A stretch of DNA of 64,000 bases from Haliotis rufescens. Its lineage: Eukaryota. This document shows positions 1 through 11,560 of this stretch, one piece after another. Both the position numbers and the translations under genes were made by a program. The notes beneath the pieces were generated by a model, which saw only the letters and a list, made by a program, of their open reading frames with translations, was not told where the DNA came from and made no database searches. The stretch lies in assembly GCF_023055435.1 (NCBI RefSeq), contig NW_025963868.1, forward strand, positions 26,164,001 through 26,228,000. Direction: 5' to 3'. Each line of letters opens with the position of its first letter. The stretch's first letter is position 1.

Positions 1-370
1 GGAGTAATGGGTGCTGCACACTTTTGAGCATCACCTAGCTCTCTTCGTACACCCCTGAGCAGGTTCTGCACATGCCAGTTATCCTTCAATGGATCATCAA
101 GATCATTCATTTTGTGAATATTAGACACAATGCACAAATATTGTCTCACAGTACTGTACTTAAAATGCTTTATATCAACCATGTATGCCACAAAACAAGA
201 AAGACACTCATTTGTAGCTGGGACTGGGTTGAACTTTGTCTTCTCACAGAACTCCAAGTAACACTTAAGGTGGCTTCCATACGTCCCTTTTGTTGAGTCT
301 GCCCAGCCCTTGCTTGCCAGACGATTTGCTGCTTCCTTCAGGTTGCTCTTTATGGGATCTGCTACCCCAT
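1..370 (-). CDS. Tyrosine recombinase N-terminal part (runs off window)
   Basis: Manual translation: LASKGWADSTKGTYGSHLKCYLEFC...FVAYM...YSTVRQYLCIVSNIH...VQNLLRGVRR...APIT, typical of a DIRS YR N-domain; overlaps the RNaseH end. Confidence 0.7.
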
Positions 371-1920
371 CTGTAAGAAATGAATTTATCCGACATATGC
401 CAATAAAGAGATTCTCTGCTAAAAACAGACAACTGCAAATGCGGTAACATCTCATACACTTTAGATAATTGTCCAGACTCATGTATTCTAGAAATAGAAT
501 CTGCAAGAAAGTTACACTTGCCAGGCACATGGATAGCTTTCAACACAAAGTTGTACTGGGCTTGGAGCCAACACACATAGCGCAAATACTGCATCACAAA
601 AGGAGACCTAGATGTCCCTTTATTAATCACAGCTTTCGTCGTCATATTGTCTGTTTTAACAATGACAGTTTTATTCTGCCAGCAAAACACCATCTAACAG
701 CTGCAATAACAACCGCTAGAACTTCCTTTGAATTAATGTGCTGGTTTATGGCTGTAGGCATGTCAAATTCCCAGTTGACATACACAAAGTCTCCATTATA
801 TGCAGCACCTGCACCCACAAGACATGCATCTGTTTCAACTGTCCTGATTGGTGCAGAATCGAGGAAAGACCTTGAGCCGTTGAATGTATCAAGAAAAGTG
901 TTCCACCACATTATATCTTTCTTGAACTCACTATCTAATACAGCTTTATCTCCAGATGACACAAGTTGGTTTTTCAAATCTATCACACGTCTTAAAAATG
1001 TCCTTCCTCCCTGAACAACCATAGAAGCCCAATTAAGTTTCCCTATGAGGCTCTCAAGTTGTTTTTTGCTGGCCCTTTTCCTGTTTTTGAATTCTTGCAG
1101 TAATTCATGGAAATGTTGAAGCTTATCATTTGGCAAGGAGAGTGTACAAACTTCTGTGTCAATGAGTATACCCAGAAAAACCATCTTCTGGCTTGGGCCA
1201 TCTACTTTTGACCAATTAACATTGAATCCAAGAAAACGCAAAACTTGCAAGAGCTGGCGCAAGGCCAAAGCACATGACTCAGCTGTATCACACACGATCA
1301 AAAAATCATCTAAATATGCAAGCACTGTCACTCCATACCGCTTCAACATAATTCTGCATACAGCGCTGCTCAAACACTGAAATACTTTTTGATGCCCCAA
1401 ACGGCAACTTGGAATCATACATGTATGTGATGTCTGCCTTGCTTTCAAAAAGCCATGCTAAACCTGTAAGTTGGAAATTGCTTGGGTGTATCCTAACAGA
1501 GCGATAAGCATTTTTCAAATCCACTTTGGCTAAGTAACTACCTCTCTTTATGTGTTTCATTGTATGTCTAAGGTCCATATAGCTAGTTTCACAAGAACAC
1601 ATAAAACTGTTCATTCCACTAACAGACGGCAAACTTCCGTCGTGAATAAGTCGAACTTTTGTCGAAGATTTTGGGATAGCTCCTAAAGCACTAACAATAG
1701 TTGGTCTGCTATTAGTAACAATGTAGTTTCCAAGTTCAATTTCTTCGGTAATCTGAGCTTCTGTTTGCTCTCTGTGGTGAAAGGCGGATCTGTGATTTTT
1801 TGTATACTGATGCTCAATAGTCACATTGTCAATATCCGCCAATTTAAACCCATTATGAACCCCTTCTAGAATGAAGTCCCTATCCCGATCTTCCGCCGGT
1901 AATATAAGTTCCCAAGCCAC
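265..1920 (-). pseudogene. DIRS-type reverse transcriptase/RNase H, frameshifted
   Basis: KVRLIHD, KVDLKNAY, LPFG, LAYLDDFL, FLGILID, TDACLVG, HINSKE, KTDN, HVPGKCNFLADSISR are split over three frames (shifts near 1385 and 685). Confidence 0.85.
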
Positions 1921-1946
1921 AGGATTTAGCGAATTGCATGAATGCG

Positions 1947-2981
1947 TTAGGCGTTTTTTGACTCAGTCCTAGTTGCCGTAGACTGAGTACGATCATCAGT
2001 TTGAACATGCTGTAGGTGGTTGTGTCCTCGCCTGAAACAGGTAAGGCAAACATGTGCCATTTTACAGTTTTCTAAGGAGCAGAAACCTTGGTTGTAGCGT
2101 CTGCAGATTTCCAAACCATCCGGTGTAAATGGTCCCCTAGTTCGTTGACCTTGCGGTACTTTCTTTTTGTATGGACTGTCTTCCATCTGTTTTATCACTA
2201 GTGCTGTCTGCGACATCTGTTTTGGGATGAGCTGAAATTCCCTGATGTCCTGGGAAGGTGTTCCCCATCGGAAACCTTCTTCATGCTTCTTGATTCGATA
2301 TTCTCTATCGTACAACAGAACGCTGGCCCATATGTACTTTGATGAATAGCGGCAAACGTCTTGCATATATTTCAGGTAGTCAAGGATTTCTTGTGAATTC
2401 ATATCTCCTGACTTGATCCCATCCATTAACAGTCCCATGTTTGCGTATGCCCACATTTCAGTGGTAACTTTGGATAGATTAGGCAGTTTACGTCCCAAAT
2501 CGATGCTTACACCTTCACAAATATCTACTGTTTGCCTAGGAGTATCAAGGGAGTCAACCCATAAATAGTCCATGAAATCTCTTTGTTTACCTCGTACGCC
2601 ATTTTGTTGAGCTGTGGCGGGAATTCTTGTCACGTGACCTCGATCTGCCGTCCCTTGTAATTCCGATTGTAGATTTTCAATCTGCAATTTTAGATCCCTC
2701 CGTTTCTTCTCAAGACTCAAGCGAGCCAGTTCTGCCTCTAACTGACCACATTCCGACTGTAACTTCAGTGCACTTGCCTCAAACCCGTCATCCACCGGTC
2801 TCCCGCCAGTAGCACCTTCCAACTCACTCGGTAGACTAGGCCTTGATCTAAATTCTTCACGTGGCGAGTCATACCTACGAAAACTCTCGGTCATAGGACT
2901 GTTCAAAGCCTCCATGATCTCAGGCATTCGTTTACCGGCCGTTTTTCGTTTGGGTTTCACATCGGGATTAGATTGCGCCAT
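1947..2981 (-). CDS. DIRS/Ngaro gag-like ORF1 (344 aa)
   Basis: W..VLLYDREYR...W block and C-terminal CRRYNQGFCSLENCKMAHVCLTC..H zinc finger; lies upstream of RT. Confidence 0.8.
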   Translation of the reverse strand: MAQSNPDVKPKRKTAGKRMPEIMEALNSPMTESFRRYDSPREEFRSRPSLPSELEGATGGRPVDDGFEASALKLQSECGQLEAELARLSLEKKRRDLKLQIENLQSELQGTADRGHVTRIPATAQQNGVRGKQRDFMDYLWVDSLDTPRQTVDICEGVSIDLGRKLPNLSKVTTEMWAYANMGLLMDGIKSGDMNSQEILDYLKYMQDVCRYSSKYIWASVLLYDREYRIKKHEEGFRWGTPSQDIREFQLIPKQMSQTALVIKQMEDSPYKKKVPQGQRTRGPFTPDGLEICRRYNQGFCSLENCKMAHVCLTCFRRGHNHLQHVQTDDRTQSTATRTESKNA

Positions 2982-3168
2982 TATTGATAACGAAACTAAA
3001 CAAGCGTGCTGTGTCGTTCTGCCTTACGTGACGCCATGCATTGCCAGCTGCGCCCTCTAATAACTAGGGGGAGATAACTCTGAGCCACTTGGAACAAAGA
3101 ATGCAAATTTGCGGTCTAAGGGGAATAACTCTTAGGTACACCGTCAAAATATATTTTAAATAAAATAA

Positions 3169-4611
3169 CACTTTAGATTCCATTTGCCACACAGGGCAAG
3201 ATTTTGACGAAGCAACATGTGGGCCAGAACAGTTTGCACATTTCAAATCATGATTACAGTCAGAGCTCTCATGGCTGTCACCACAGCGATGACATACCAC
3301 AGAGTTACGACAGGATTTGGAACCGTTACCGAAATGTTGGCACTTGTAGCAGCGGAGCGGATTGGGGATATACACATCCACTCCGATGTGGAAATAACCT
3401 GCTTTAATTGACTGTGGAAGGGATGTAAGGGCAAACGTTATGAGATAAGTATTAGTGTTTGTGATGACACCGTCTTTCTTCATTGTGAAACGTTTAACTT
3501 CAGTAACGGCCTGGTCTCCCAACTCTGTAACGATTTCTTCTTCAGACATGTCGGACAGACCACGAGCCCTGTCACGAACAATGCCTCGACAAGAATTTAA
3601 TGTTCTGTGCACAGACACAGCAACCTCAATATTGGCAAAGGTAGAGATAGATAAAAGATTGAGAGATTGCTGTCTCCGTGCACACTCCACCAGAAGCGAA
3701 CCACTACGGAGACGGGTGACGTTCTTGACCTCACCGCAAATCCCAGACACAGCCTTAGATAATGGCAAAAGGATTCAATTTGATGGGTAGTTTGTCAGAA
3801 GCCTCAATAACCAGGAATCGGGCCCAGGAATCAATATTTTGAGAAACATTTACAGTTGTAATTTCAATTTCCTCTAGACGTCTCTTTTTTATCATTTTGA
3901 GAAGAACCAGATTGTTGTTGAGCCATGATGAAAAGAATATAATTCAGCACCCCTGTTCCCCACCCGACATCGAGTGTCAACAAGGACAGTGTTATATTGC
4001 ACCGGATATCCAGGATGCAAACACCAGGGATACAGGGATGTTATACTCCAGCAAATATGACTTGAATAGCTATATTTATCTACCAGATGTAGTGCCAGGC
4101 AGGTTCAGTCCATGACAAGAAATTGGAGACATACAGAATACAGAGGTCAACATCACCAGATTGGCCCATGAGCCACCGCCTTCTGGCGTAAGACTCTAGG
4201 CAATTTATTCAATCAAAAATTGAGTATTCACACAAGTTATGCACGGCCAAGACCAAAATATACAGTAAAATACAACACAGGTGTGCATATGCAATATTAC
4301 GCAAAGGGCCTGGCATAACCAGCCGATTGATAAGACCGGGCCCATCTTACCACCCGTCTAGGCGAAGTAAGGGTCGAAGTAGTGTGTTGGGCAAAGGAAC
4401 ACAGTTCCAGGAACCAGGGCCCTCAACTACCAGACTCCCGTCCTCCGCCGACACAGGGACGCAACCCACGGCAAACGGGCTGCCCACTTTGGTCGCCTCT
4501 TACGACCAGCAATGGGGTGCTGTGGAAATATTCTGCCCCGGTTCCACACGGGGGAAGAGCTATCAGCGCTACGAAGCACTCACCACGAGGAGGTTGCTCT
4601 TCACGAGTGCC
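3169..4611 (-). mobile_element. I/Nimb-clade LINE 5' part (subfamily A): HDV-like ribozyme, ~685-nt 5'UTR, gag-like ORF1
   Basis: ORF1 from ATG 3926 (frameshift ~3760) with LRSGSLLVEC, YIPNPLRCYKCQHFG and three zinc knuckles (the first reads N in place of H). Confidence 0.85.
4554..4611 (-). ncRNA. HDV-like ribozyme, copy A (P1.1 GG mutated to UC, probably impaired)
   Basis: GGCACUC GU GAAGAGCA ACC UCCUCGU GGU GAGUGCU UC GUAGCG CUGA UA GCUCUUC. Confidence 0.7.
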
Positions 4612-5690
4612 AAGTAGACTAAGAACTGAAAGACCAAATTTCAGATTTTACTATAAGGGAAACAAATTAGTGCAAGAGGAATGAGGGAGTGAGTGAGTGA
4701 GTTGGGTTTAATGCCGCTTTCAACAGTATGCCAGTTATAACACGGCATGTCAGGTTAATGTGGGAGGAAAGTCCCAAGTGATGCAGGTCTCAGACGTTTA
4801 CCACTACGGTGAAACCCACGAGCACGGGTATGGTGCTGACAAACCTAGAAACATAATTGAGGCGAACCGGGATTCGAACCCACAATCATAGGTTTCTGGC
4901 GTGCGCAAGGGACGCAACTCTGCACAGCGAATCGCGGCGCCTTGCAAGAGGAGAAGGAGGAGGATAAAGCTGATAACTCAGCACCCAGTCAGCAGCGAGT
5001 GCCCCGAAAATCCTCCCGAGGTACCAGGAGACAACTGAGATCACACTCACAACCGGCTAGCTCCGGGAATGGACAGACTGAATAGGGGTGTGGCCAGGGC
5101 AAAGGTGTGAATGGTGTCCAGGTAAATTTTACGACACTTCACAATGACAGTGAAAGTAACCAGGACTGTGATGACACAGCCACTGTTAGATTCATTTTTT
5201 GGAACGTTTCACGACTTGTATAGAGGTTAATGGACAATGACGTTATTTCATGCCTACATCAGTATGATATAATTGGCCTCACGGAAACTTGGGTCACTGA
5301 CCATGATTTATCAGATATATTTACTGAATATAAGTATGTGTATGCGGAGACTTTAATGCCCGCACAGGAACAAAGGCTGACTTCATTGAAGATGTATTAG
5401 TTGAACAAACAGAAAAGCATTGCCAGTCGAGTAACGACTTTATACTAGATTATTTTAAAGAAACAAGCTACTCTGTGGATAAGAACATTAATGCCTTTGG
5501 TAGATCTTTACTGGATTCGTGTTCAATTTTCAACGTACATATCATGAATGGGAGATTTGGATCAGACTCAGGACGTGGAGATAACACATTTATTGGATCA
5601 CAGAATTGTTAGTTAACAACCACGTCACCTACATGTAAATACGCATTGTACTGTAGGCCTGTGGCCTTTTAAGTACTGAATAAAACTGAT
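4612..5690 (+). mobile_element. RTEX/CR1-group LINE remnant (ORF1 end, APE fragments, 3' end), internally deleted
   Basis: Near-identical to parts of 16086-21143; shares the ~3.7-kb deletion junction GGATCAC|AGAATTG with the copy at ~48064. Confidence 0.75.
4682..4942 (-). mobile_element. tRNA-derived SINE family 1, 5'-truncated (also 16157-16417, 46850-47098)
   Basis: B box GGTTCGAATCCC, (ACTC)n tail, TSD TGCAAGAGGA(G). Confidence 0.8.
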
Positions 5691-6551
5691 TGACTTCACA
5701 CTTCAAATAGCCAAAAGTGGCTCAAGGGTTCGACCGTGGTAAACGGCACCTAACGTTTTACAAGTATCCGACAAGGCGTGACGGACACGAAAGATTAGAC
5801 TAAAACTCCGTCCTATTCATTTCAGACAAGCCTTTTCCAGTGACACTAACTGATGCACGAGATACTAGCACTGGTATTTTCGACTGCCTTCATAGAACCC
5901 CATCGTATGGCAGGAGTAGTGCTGTGTGGCATCAAACATCAAACACATACATTCCAATTAAAATGTTAGGCCAATATACTCTCAGATAGCCGGTTGCATT
6001 TCAACCCTGATGGAACTCCGAAAAATATGAAAGATACTACAAGACGACGCGTGTGTTCATTTTTATTGTACTGATTTCAACTATTGACAAGGCCACTTAC
6101 AAATACACCCTTTATAGGTTTCAGTGTAATGTACTACGAACAGACACGCCTTTAGGCATAGTAAACACATTTTGAGGAAACATTTTGGACGTTATTCTCA
6201 TGATGAGTGGTTCAAAGATAGGTACGTTGTCATATGAGAAACATATCATTAAACCAGTATCACTCATTTTTAAACTGGAATCATTTCCTGAAAGAACTTT
6301 TTTCATGCCATTGCAAGCAGTTATCTAGCCTTGTTGACATCAAGTGTCTGAGTGTTACTAGCCCACATCGACCATACAATTTGCACCGATACTCAAGAAC
6401 TCGTGACACGACAGTCCCTCTGGATTACACAGACTGAAAATACTGGTCAGATTCTGTGATTTGACTTAAAGCGTGTCATCGTACATGGCACCCTTCTTGA
6501 ACAAATCAAACATCCTTTTAAAAAACAAATTCAAATTTAAATATTCAATGA

Positions 6552-6557
6552 TTTATT
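6552..6557 (-). terminator. AATAAA polyadenylation signal of GTPase copy 1 (present in all copies)
   Basis: TTTATT on + strand, ~70 nt after the stop codon. Confidence 0.5.
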
Positions 6558-6626
6558 GGTATTATGTGACTATGAGTATGACATATTGTTAAAAGACATG
6601 AACATATATTATGCATACAATTTCAG

Positions 6627-7328
6627 TTAATGTGTTATTTTGGACACTGAACGTCCCTCAATAGAAATGCCACTTAAGCGTCGTCTATTCCTTAAAAAGA
6701 AATTTCTGATTGATCGCAACTTTTTAGAAAGCTGTGAGTGGGTCTTTTTTTCATCAGTCACAGAAACATGTTTATGACGTCGCTTCATAATCTCTTCCAG
6801 TACCTGTATGACACTAAGGTCCTTCTCAGCCGAGATCTCCACGTGTCCATGTTCCCATTCACAGCTAATGTTCAGATCTCGGGACATTCTCTCGGTCTTA
6901 TCTACAGAGCCAACGATGTCTGTCTTGTTGGCCACGAACACGTTTGGGACTGAAGGTCCCTCTTGCTGGAGGATCTGGTCCCTGGCTGCTACCACAGACT
7001 CAAAGGAGCCATCACACACCAGCGAGTACACCAACACGTATACATCAAAGGAGGGGAGTCCCTGCGGGAAGGTGCAGCTCTTCGTTGTGGATGTGTCCAC
7101 AATATCGACTGTCAGACTTCGCCCTTTGATTCCAAGATCAGCTGGAGCGTTACCACGTTTCTTACTTTTCTTGTGGGATTTGCTGCTCTGTTCTGTCCAG
7201 TGTTTGATGAGTCTGCAGATTAAGGTTAACTTTCCTTCACTGCTATCTCCAATTACAGCAAGGTTGAAGCTATCTTCCTCTTCTGAAATACTGCTGACCT
7301 CTGAGTGGAGAGTAAATCTGCGACTCAT
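6627..7328 (-). CDS. Atypical Ras-family small GTPase (RASD/DIRAS/Rap-like fold), copy 1, 233 aa from ATG
   Basis: G1 GDSSEGKLT, G3 DTSTT, DVYVLVYS, G4 NKTD, G5 ISAE; ATG in CAAAC-ATG context; single open exon. Confidence 0.8.
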   Translation of the reverse strand: MSRRFTLHSEVSSISEEEDSFNLAVIGDSSEGKLTLICRLIKHWTEQSSKSHKKSKKRGNAPADLGIKGRSLTVDIVDTSTTKSCTFPQGLPSFDVYVLVYSLVCDGSFESVVAARDQILQQEGPSVPNVFVANKTDIVGSVDKTERMSRDLNISCEWEHGHVEISAEKDLSVIQVLEEIMKRRHKHVSVTDEKKTHSQLSKKLRSIRNFFLRNRRRLSGISIEGRSVSKITH

Positions 7329-7381
7329 GTTTGATACAATGTTCTTGATACTCAATAGTGATGTGGTTTACAACTACACTA

Positions 7382-7528
7382 TGATGTGGTATACCAGTAT
7401 ACCTTTCTTTTATAGAGGTAATGTGTGTAAATTGAAATGGTAGACATAACTTGTTTCCATAACTCTATCAGAAAACTCTCAGCCCTTACCATGTATCTGT
7501 ATTGACTTGTACTGCACTGCACTCATTG
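7382..7528 (-). promoter_or_regulatory. Core promoter of the GTPase gene: Inr-like TCA (~7382), TATAAAAG (7407-7414), CCAAT (7524-7528)
   Basis: Canonical TATA-Inr spacing. TATA is conserved in all five copies (22859, 29001, 33978, 49872), although this conservation partly reflects duplication. Confidence 0.55.
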
Positions 7529-7650
7529 GCCAAGAAATGTGCAAATATCTGTTCCACGTTGCCATCCAGTGACACACGCTTCATCAGAGAACGTGTTTAA
7601 ACACCTTTTTTTAATATTTAACTATTTCGCGCCTTGCGTCTTGAAGCAGT

Positions 7651-7925
7651 CAGTGAGTTGGGTTTAATGCCGCTTTTAACAGTATTCCAGTTATATCACG
7701 GCGTATCAGCTTAGTGTGGGAGGAAAGCCCAAAGTGATGCAGGTCTCAGACGTTTACCACTTCGGTGAAACCCACGAGCACGGGTATGGTGCTGACAAAT
7801 CTAATAACATGATCGGGGCGAACCGGGCTTCGAACCAACAATCATAGGTTCCTGAATTACCCAAGGGTCGCAATTCCGCACAGCTAATCGCGGCGCCTTA
7901 GACGACTTGGCCACCTGTGTCCCCC
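7651..7925 (-). mobile_element. tRNA-derived SINE family 1, full length (duplicated at 23097-23371 and 29239-29513)
   Basis: Head GGGGGACACAGGTGGCCAAGTCGTCTAAGGCGCC (tRNA-Leu-like A box), GGTTCGAAGCCC B box, TSD TTGAAGCAGT. Confidence 0.85.
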
Positions 7926-8034
7926 TTGAAGCAGTGACAAAATAAATATTAATATATTTTACCACACCATAACTGAATATATTATAAGGTCGATCCCTTA
8001 ACGTGACTTTATTTACCCATAATTGTTTGAATTC

Positions 8035-9260
8035 AAAATATCTGAGGAAATATGACAATTATTACTCTTTTGGATACGCGAGGAAATATGACCTTATTAG
8101 ACTTTGGGATACCTGAGGAAATTTGATCTATATAGTAAGACTTTGGGATACCTTATAAAATGATATGGCCTGATGGTCTCCTCTCGTGTAGAGCATTACT
8201 AATCAACGAAATTAAAGTCACTCATCTTGCATTGTGAAGTTTGGGCCATTAGAAGACTTACTTTATTTTCCATTCAATCCCAACAATTGTTTAATCCAAT
8301 TTCTGGTGTTTCTTTCAGATGTTTATTTCTCACTATTGTTAAAAGTTGTGACTTTATGGAACTGATAGAATACACTTTCATTAGTACCATTCACACATGC
8401 TAACTGTGTCTGTCTATTCGTCCGTCCGTTTGTCTGTCTGTCTGTCCGTAATCATTTCCTTTATTTGGGCAGAAATCGAATAACTATTAAGTGTATCTGA
8501 TAGAAACTTGGAAAATCTATCATGGGATTTATCAAATTTTTTAATTTTTTTAATTTTTAGGGACAGAAGTTGGACATAGACTCCATTGGGGATGGGGTTC
8601 ATTTCCGGGGAAGAATTCGTAAGCCATTCAGTATATTTGATTGAAACTTGAAAGATGTATTAGTCATATGCTGAAGTGGTGTCTTTTGCTATTTTGTAAT
8701 ATTTAAAATATATATTTTTACAAATCCTTATGGAAAGAAGTTGGACAAGGACACGATTGCTAGTTTCACGGAAGCGACCATGGTGCATCTTTTGTGGGAA
8801 AAACATGTATGCTTCTTCAAGAACATTCAACTCTTGACCCAGAATTGCACATTTATTTCTGGTTACTTTACCGCCAGCTGCCGGAAATATCATCTTTCTG
8901 ATGAATCTTCGTTACGCGTTAAAAGGTGTGAATCAGAGTTGTGACACCTTAGAAAGCTGAGATATTGAGCTTTCCGCCACTAGTGCCCACGCTACTCTGG
9001 TCAAAGTTCGAATAGGGAGAGCAACGCGTTGCTCAATATGGTCATTGACCAGTATCAGACTTCAAGACATCTGAGGTAATAGGACAATTATGAGACTTTG
9101 GGATACGTAAGGAAATATCTCCAGTATCAGACTTAAGGATACTAGAGCCATTTTGATACCTGCGCCAATATGACCAGTATCATACTTTTGGATACCGAGG
9201 GCAATGTGATCGTTGTGATCGTTAACTGGTGAACTCATCCAGTGTAGGGTATTACCAATC
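8035..9260. repeat. Degenerate ~32-bp tandem repeats (AGACTTTGGGATACCTGAGGAAATATGACC) in two blocks, flanking a (CTGT/CCGT)n-headed repeat resembling Helentron-associated elements
   Basis: Blocks at 8035-8165 and 9050-9200; microsatellite at 8405-8450; recurs at ~23480-24700, ~29630, ~57150. Confidence 0.45.
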
Positions 9261-9329
9261 AACGAAAGATTAACCTAAGTTTCTATAGTTTCTCACCCCC
9301 AAAATTGCTAAGTTTTTCACACGAAGTCC

Positions 9330-10385
9330 TCGGTAGAGGATGGGATTCTGGAAGTTGAGGTACTGGTCCCTTTACGCAATACACCCCAGTACGTGACCCT
9401 TATGTTGCCTAGACGGTTGTTAGGATAGGGCCCGCCCTATCAATTGGCTGGTCATGCTATGGACACCTTACTCTTCTTGTTCTATCACTATTTGACTTGG
9501 AAGTGTATATGCAAAATGGAAATGTTTGATTATTCATGTTCATTTATTTTAACTCTACCTCTTAAATGGAAAAATTACCTAGATGTCAGTGCCAGAAGGC
9601 TGTGGCGCATAGGCCGATCTGGTTAAAAAGTTATCTTTTGACTTTTCTCAATGTGAATGTCATCCGGATATCCTTGGTAGTGCAAGTCCAAGATCAAGTT
9701 GTCATTGGCTTCGTCTTCATGACACTCCAGAAGAAGTTAAGAACATTAAACGCTTGCACACAAGGTCCCTATCACTTGAATATAATGGAAAACAACAAGC
9801 AACTAATCTGTTGGCAATAGATTTGTTGCAGTCCCTGTTCTGGTCTCTCCTCACAGAACACTGAACACCAGCAAAGGTATTGTAAGAGACTGGGATCGAT
9901 TGTTTGCTGATATTATTGATATTGTTCCTGAAATGAAAAATCAATGAGTGGCATATGCCAAACGATTCACAATGCGAAAAGACAAAGAGACTGCTCCTAT
10001 TGCACACAAATCAGTCAAACCAGGCTATGGCATTCATAAGGTTTGTATCTTCATTCCTAACCCTTTGAGGTGCTTCAAATGACAAAAGTATGGACATCAC
10101 GTGAATACTTGCACATTGGAGGAAAACACACGTAACGGAAGATTGCGACAGCATTTAAAAAAGGCATGAACTGCTGAGGTTATCACCCATCTTTCTCTAA
10201 AAGCTGTCCAATCTAGAAACAGCAAATGGAAATAAACAAAATACAACTCACAAACTTAGTTTTGTCGATGCCAACCTCAGAACCTAAAGAAACCTATGCT
10301 TCAATCACCAGAACGCCTTCTGAAACAACCACTAAAATTAAAAATTTGCCAGTTGCCACAGCATTAGTAAACTGTCACACGGACT
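9330..10385 (+). mobile_element. Degraded I/Nimb LINE 5' fragment (also ~24777-25865 and, more complete, ~57390-58990)
   Basis: 5'UTR blocks homologous to the other Nimb copies; IPNPLRCFKC and KRFTMRKD remnants with stops. Confidence 0.65.
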
Positions 10386-10720
10386 TATATAACATCATCC
10401 TTATATAACAGTTCTTTATATGCACATACTGGTTCTTGACGCGTCTAACTGTAATATTGCTGATGCGGCGTAAAGCAATATTTATTCTTTCACATATCCT
10501 GAAAACTATTATGGAGTAGTGAGTCACTTCTCTGAGTCAAGTGACACACTGAGACAGTTTGGAATAAAGCTGCAATCGAAACACCTAAGAGAGTGTGAAG
10601 CACGTATCATTACTTGGTGTGTTAAAATTAGGGAATGTGTGATAAATGTAAAGTGTAACTACCGGCTCATGCCTGTACGTCAGGACGCAACGCGAGTCTG
10701 TTTAGTTGATTAGTATTATA

Positions 10721-10896
10721 GTGAGTGAGTGAGTGAGTGAGTGAGTATGGTTTTACGCCACTTTTAGCAATATTCGAGCAATATCACAGCGGGGGACATC
10801 AGAAATGGGCTTCACACATTGTACCCATGTCGGGAATCGAGCCCGGGTCTTCGGCGTGACGAGCGAACGCTTTAACCACTAGGCTACCCAGCCCCA
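10721..10896 (-). mobile_element. tRNA-derived SINE family 2 (resembles molluscan RUDI/V-SINE type); also 17549-17710, 26203-26377, 31610-31780 (-) and 61680-61815 (+)
   Basis: GGGTAGCCTAGTGGTTAAAGCG A box, GGTTCGATTCCC-type B box, (ACTC)n tail; TSDs ATTAGTATTATA and GTTTCTG(A/G)TTATAG. Confidence 0.85.
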
Positions 10897-10919
10897 ATTA
10901 GTATTATAAGGGTAACGCT

Positions 10920-11016
10920 ATTTTTCAGGGCATCATCATTTGCAGAAGCCCGATGTCTTCCATTAACTCCCCGACAAAGACTGGCTTCTTCTGCAAATGA
11001 TAATGCCCTGAAAAAT
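10920..11016. repeat. 29-bp inverted repeat (hairpin) within an unassigned non-autonomous element; also ~26401-26497 and ~31804-31900
   Basis: ATTTTTCAGGGCATCATCATTTGCAGAAG ... CTTCTGCAAATGATAATGCCCTGAAAAAT (1 mismatch). Confidence 0.7.
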
Positions 11017-11560
11017 GGAATTTGTTATCAAATAAAAAGAAACAACAATATCGGTTTTAAAACATTTACTGCAATCAACACAAATATCACTGACCCACTT
11101 TTACAAATATGGAAACGTCAGAGAACAAACCAGATGACGACACTATTGAACGTGACGTCACCTATCCCCTATGATGTCACCTAAATGCTATTGCGTGCGT
11201 GCGTGCGTTCGTGATAACCCACCAGGGTACGTTATACTCCAGGCCGACAAGTTCTTGACTAATCCCCCTAAACCCGGAAGGGTAACAAGTAATTATAACA
11301 TATTTACATATATTTTGGTATACAGCGGTCAGGGAATTGAACTACTGACTATCCGCTGTCTGGGTAGATGTTCTATCAAATACACCACGGAGGTGGTTCA
11401 AAGTGTATAGCAAGTGACATGTGTAAGAAACTGTAGAATACCAGTCCATGTGACTTATCTATCCTTCTAACAGGGACGCGGTTGTCCAAGCTCCGAGAAA
11501 ATTATCAATATTGACTTGAAATTTTGAGTAATTGGGAGCAAGGAAGACATTGGTGGAAAG

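Larger units (their letters stand above)
1..3168 (-). mobile_element. DIRS/Ngaro-group tyrosine-recombinase retrotransposon (gag-RT-RNaseH-YR), truncated by window start, inserted into a LINE ORF1
   Basis: Same-strand overlapping ORFs: gag-like with CCCH finger (1947-2981), RT with YLDD, DIRS-type RNaseH, YR N-terminus. LINE ORF1 homology stops abruptly at ~3169. Confidence 0.85.

Noticed and set aside
3064-3168. C-terminus of the 234-aa ORF
   Set aside because: Read-through from LINE ORF1 into the inserted DIRS terminus.
6121-6306. Recurrent ~61-aa ORF (MKKVLSGND...) downstream of each GTPase
   Set aside because: Recurrence is explained by duplication; disrupted in copies 3 and 4; no motifs.
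7329-7355. N-terminal MSIKNIVSN extension in the ORF track
   Set aside because: It starts at TTG; the first ATG, in a good invertebrate context (CAAACATG), is 27 nt downstream.
6808-7443. Long + strand ORFs (174-211 aa) opposite each GTPase gene
   Set aside because: Antisense shadows with no recognisable motifs; start and length vary between copies; promoter and poly(A) signals support the - strand.
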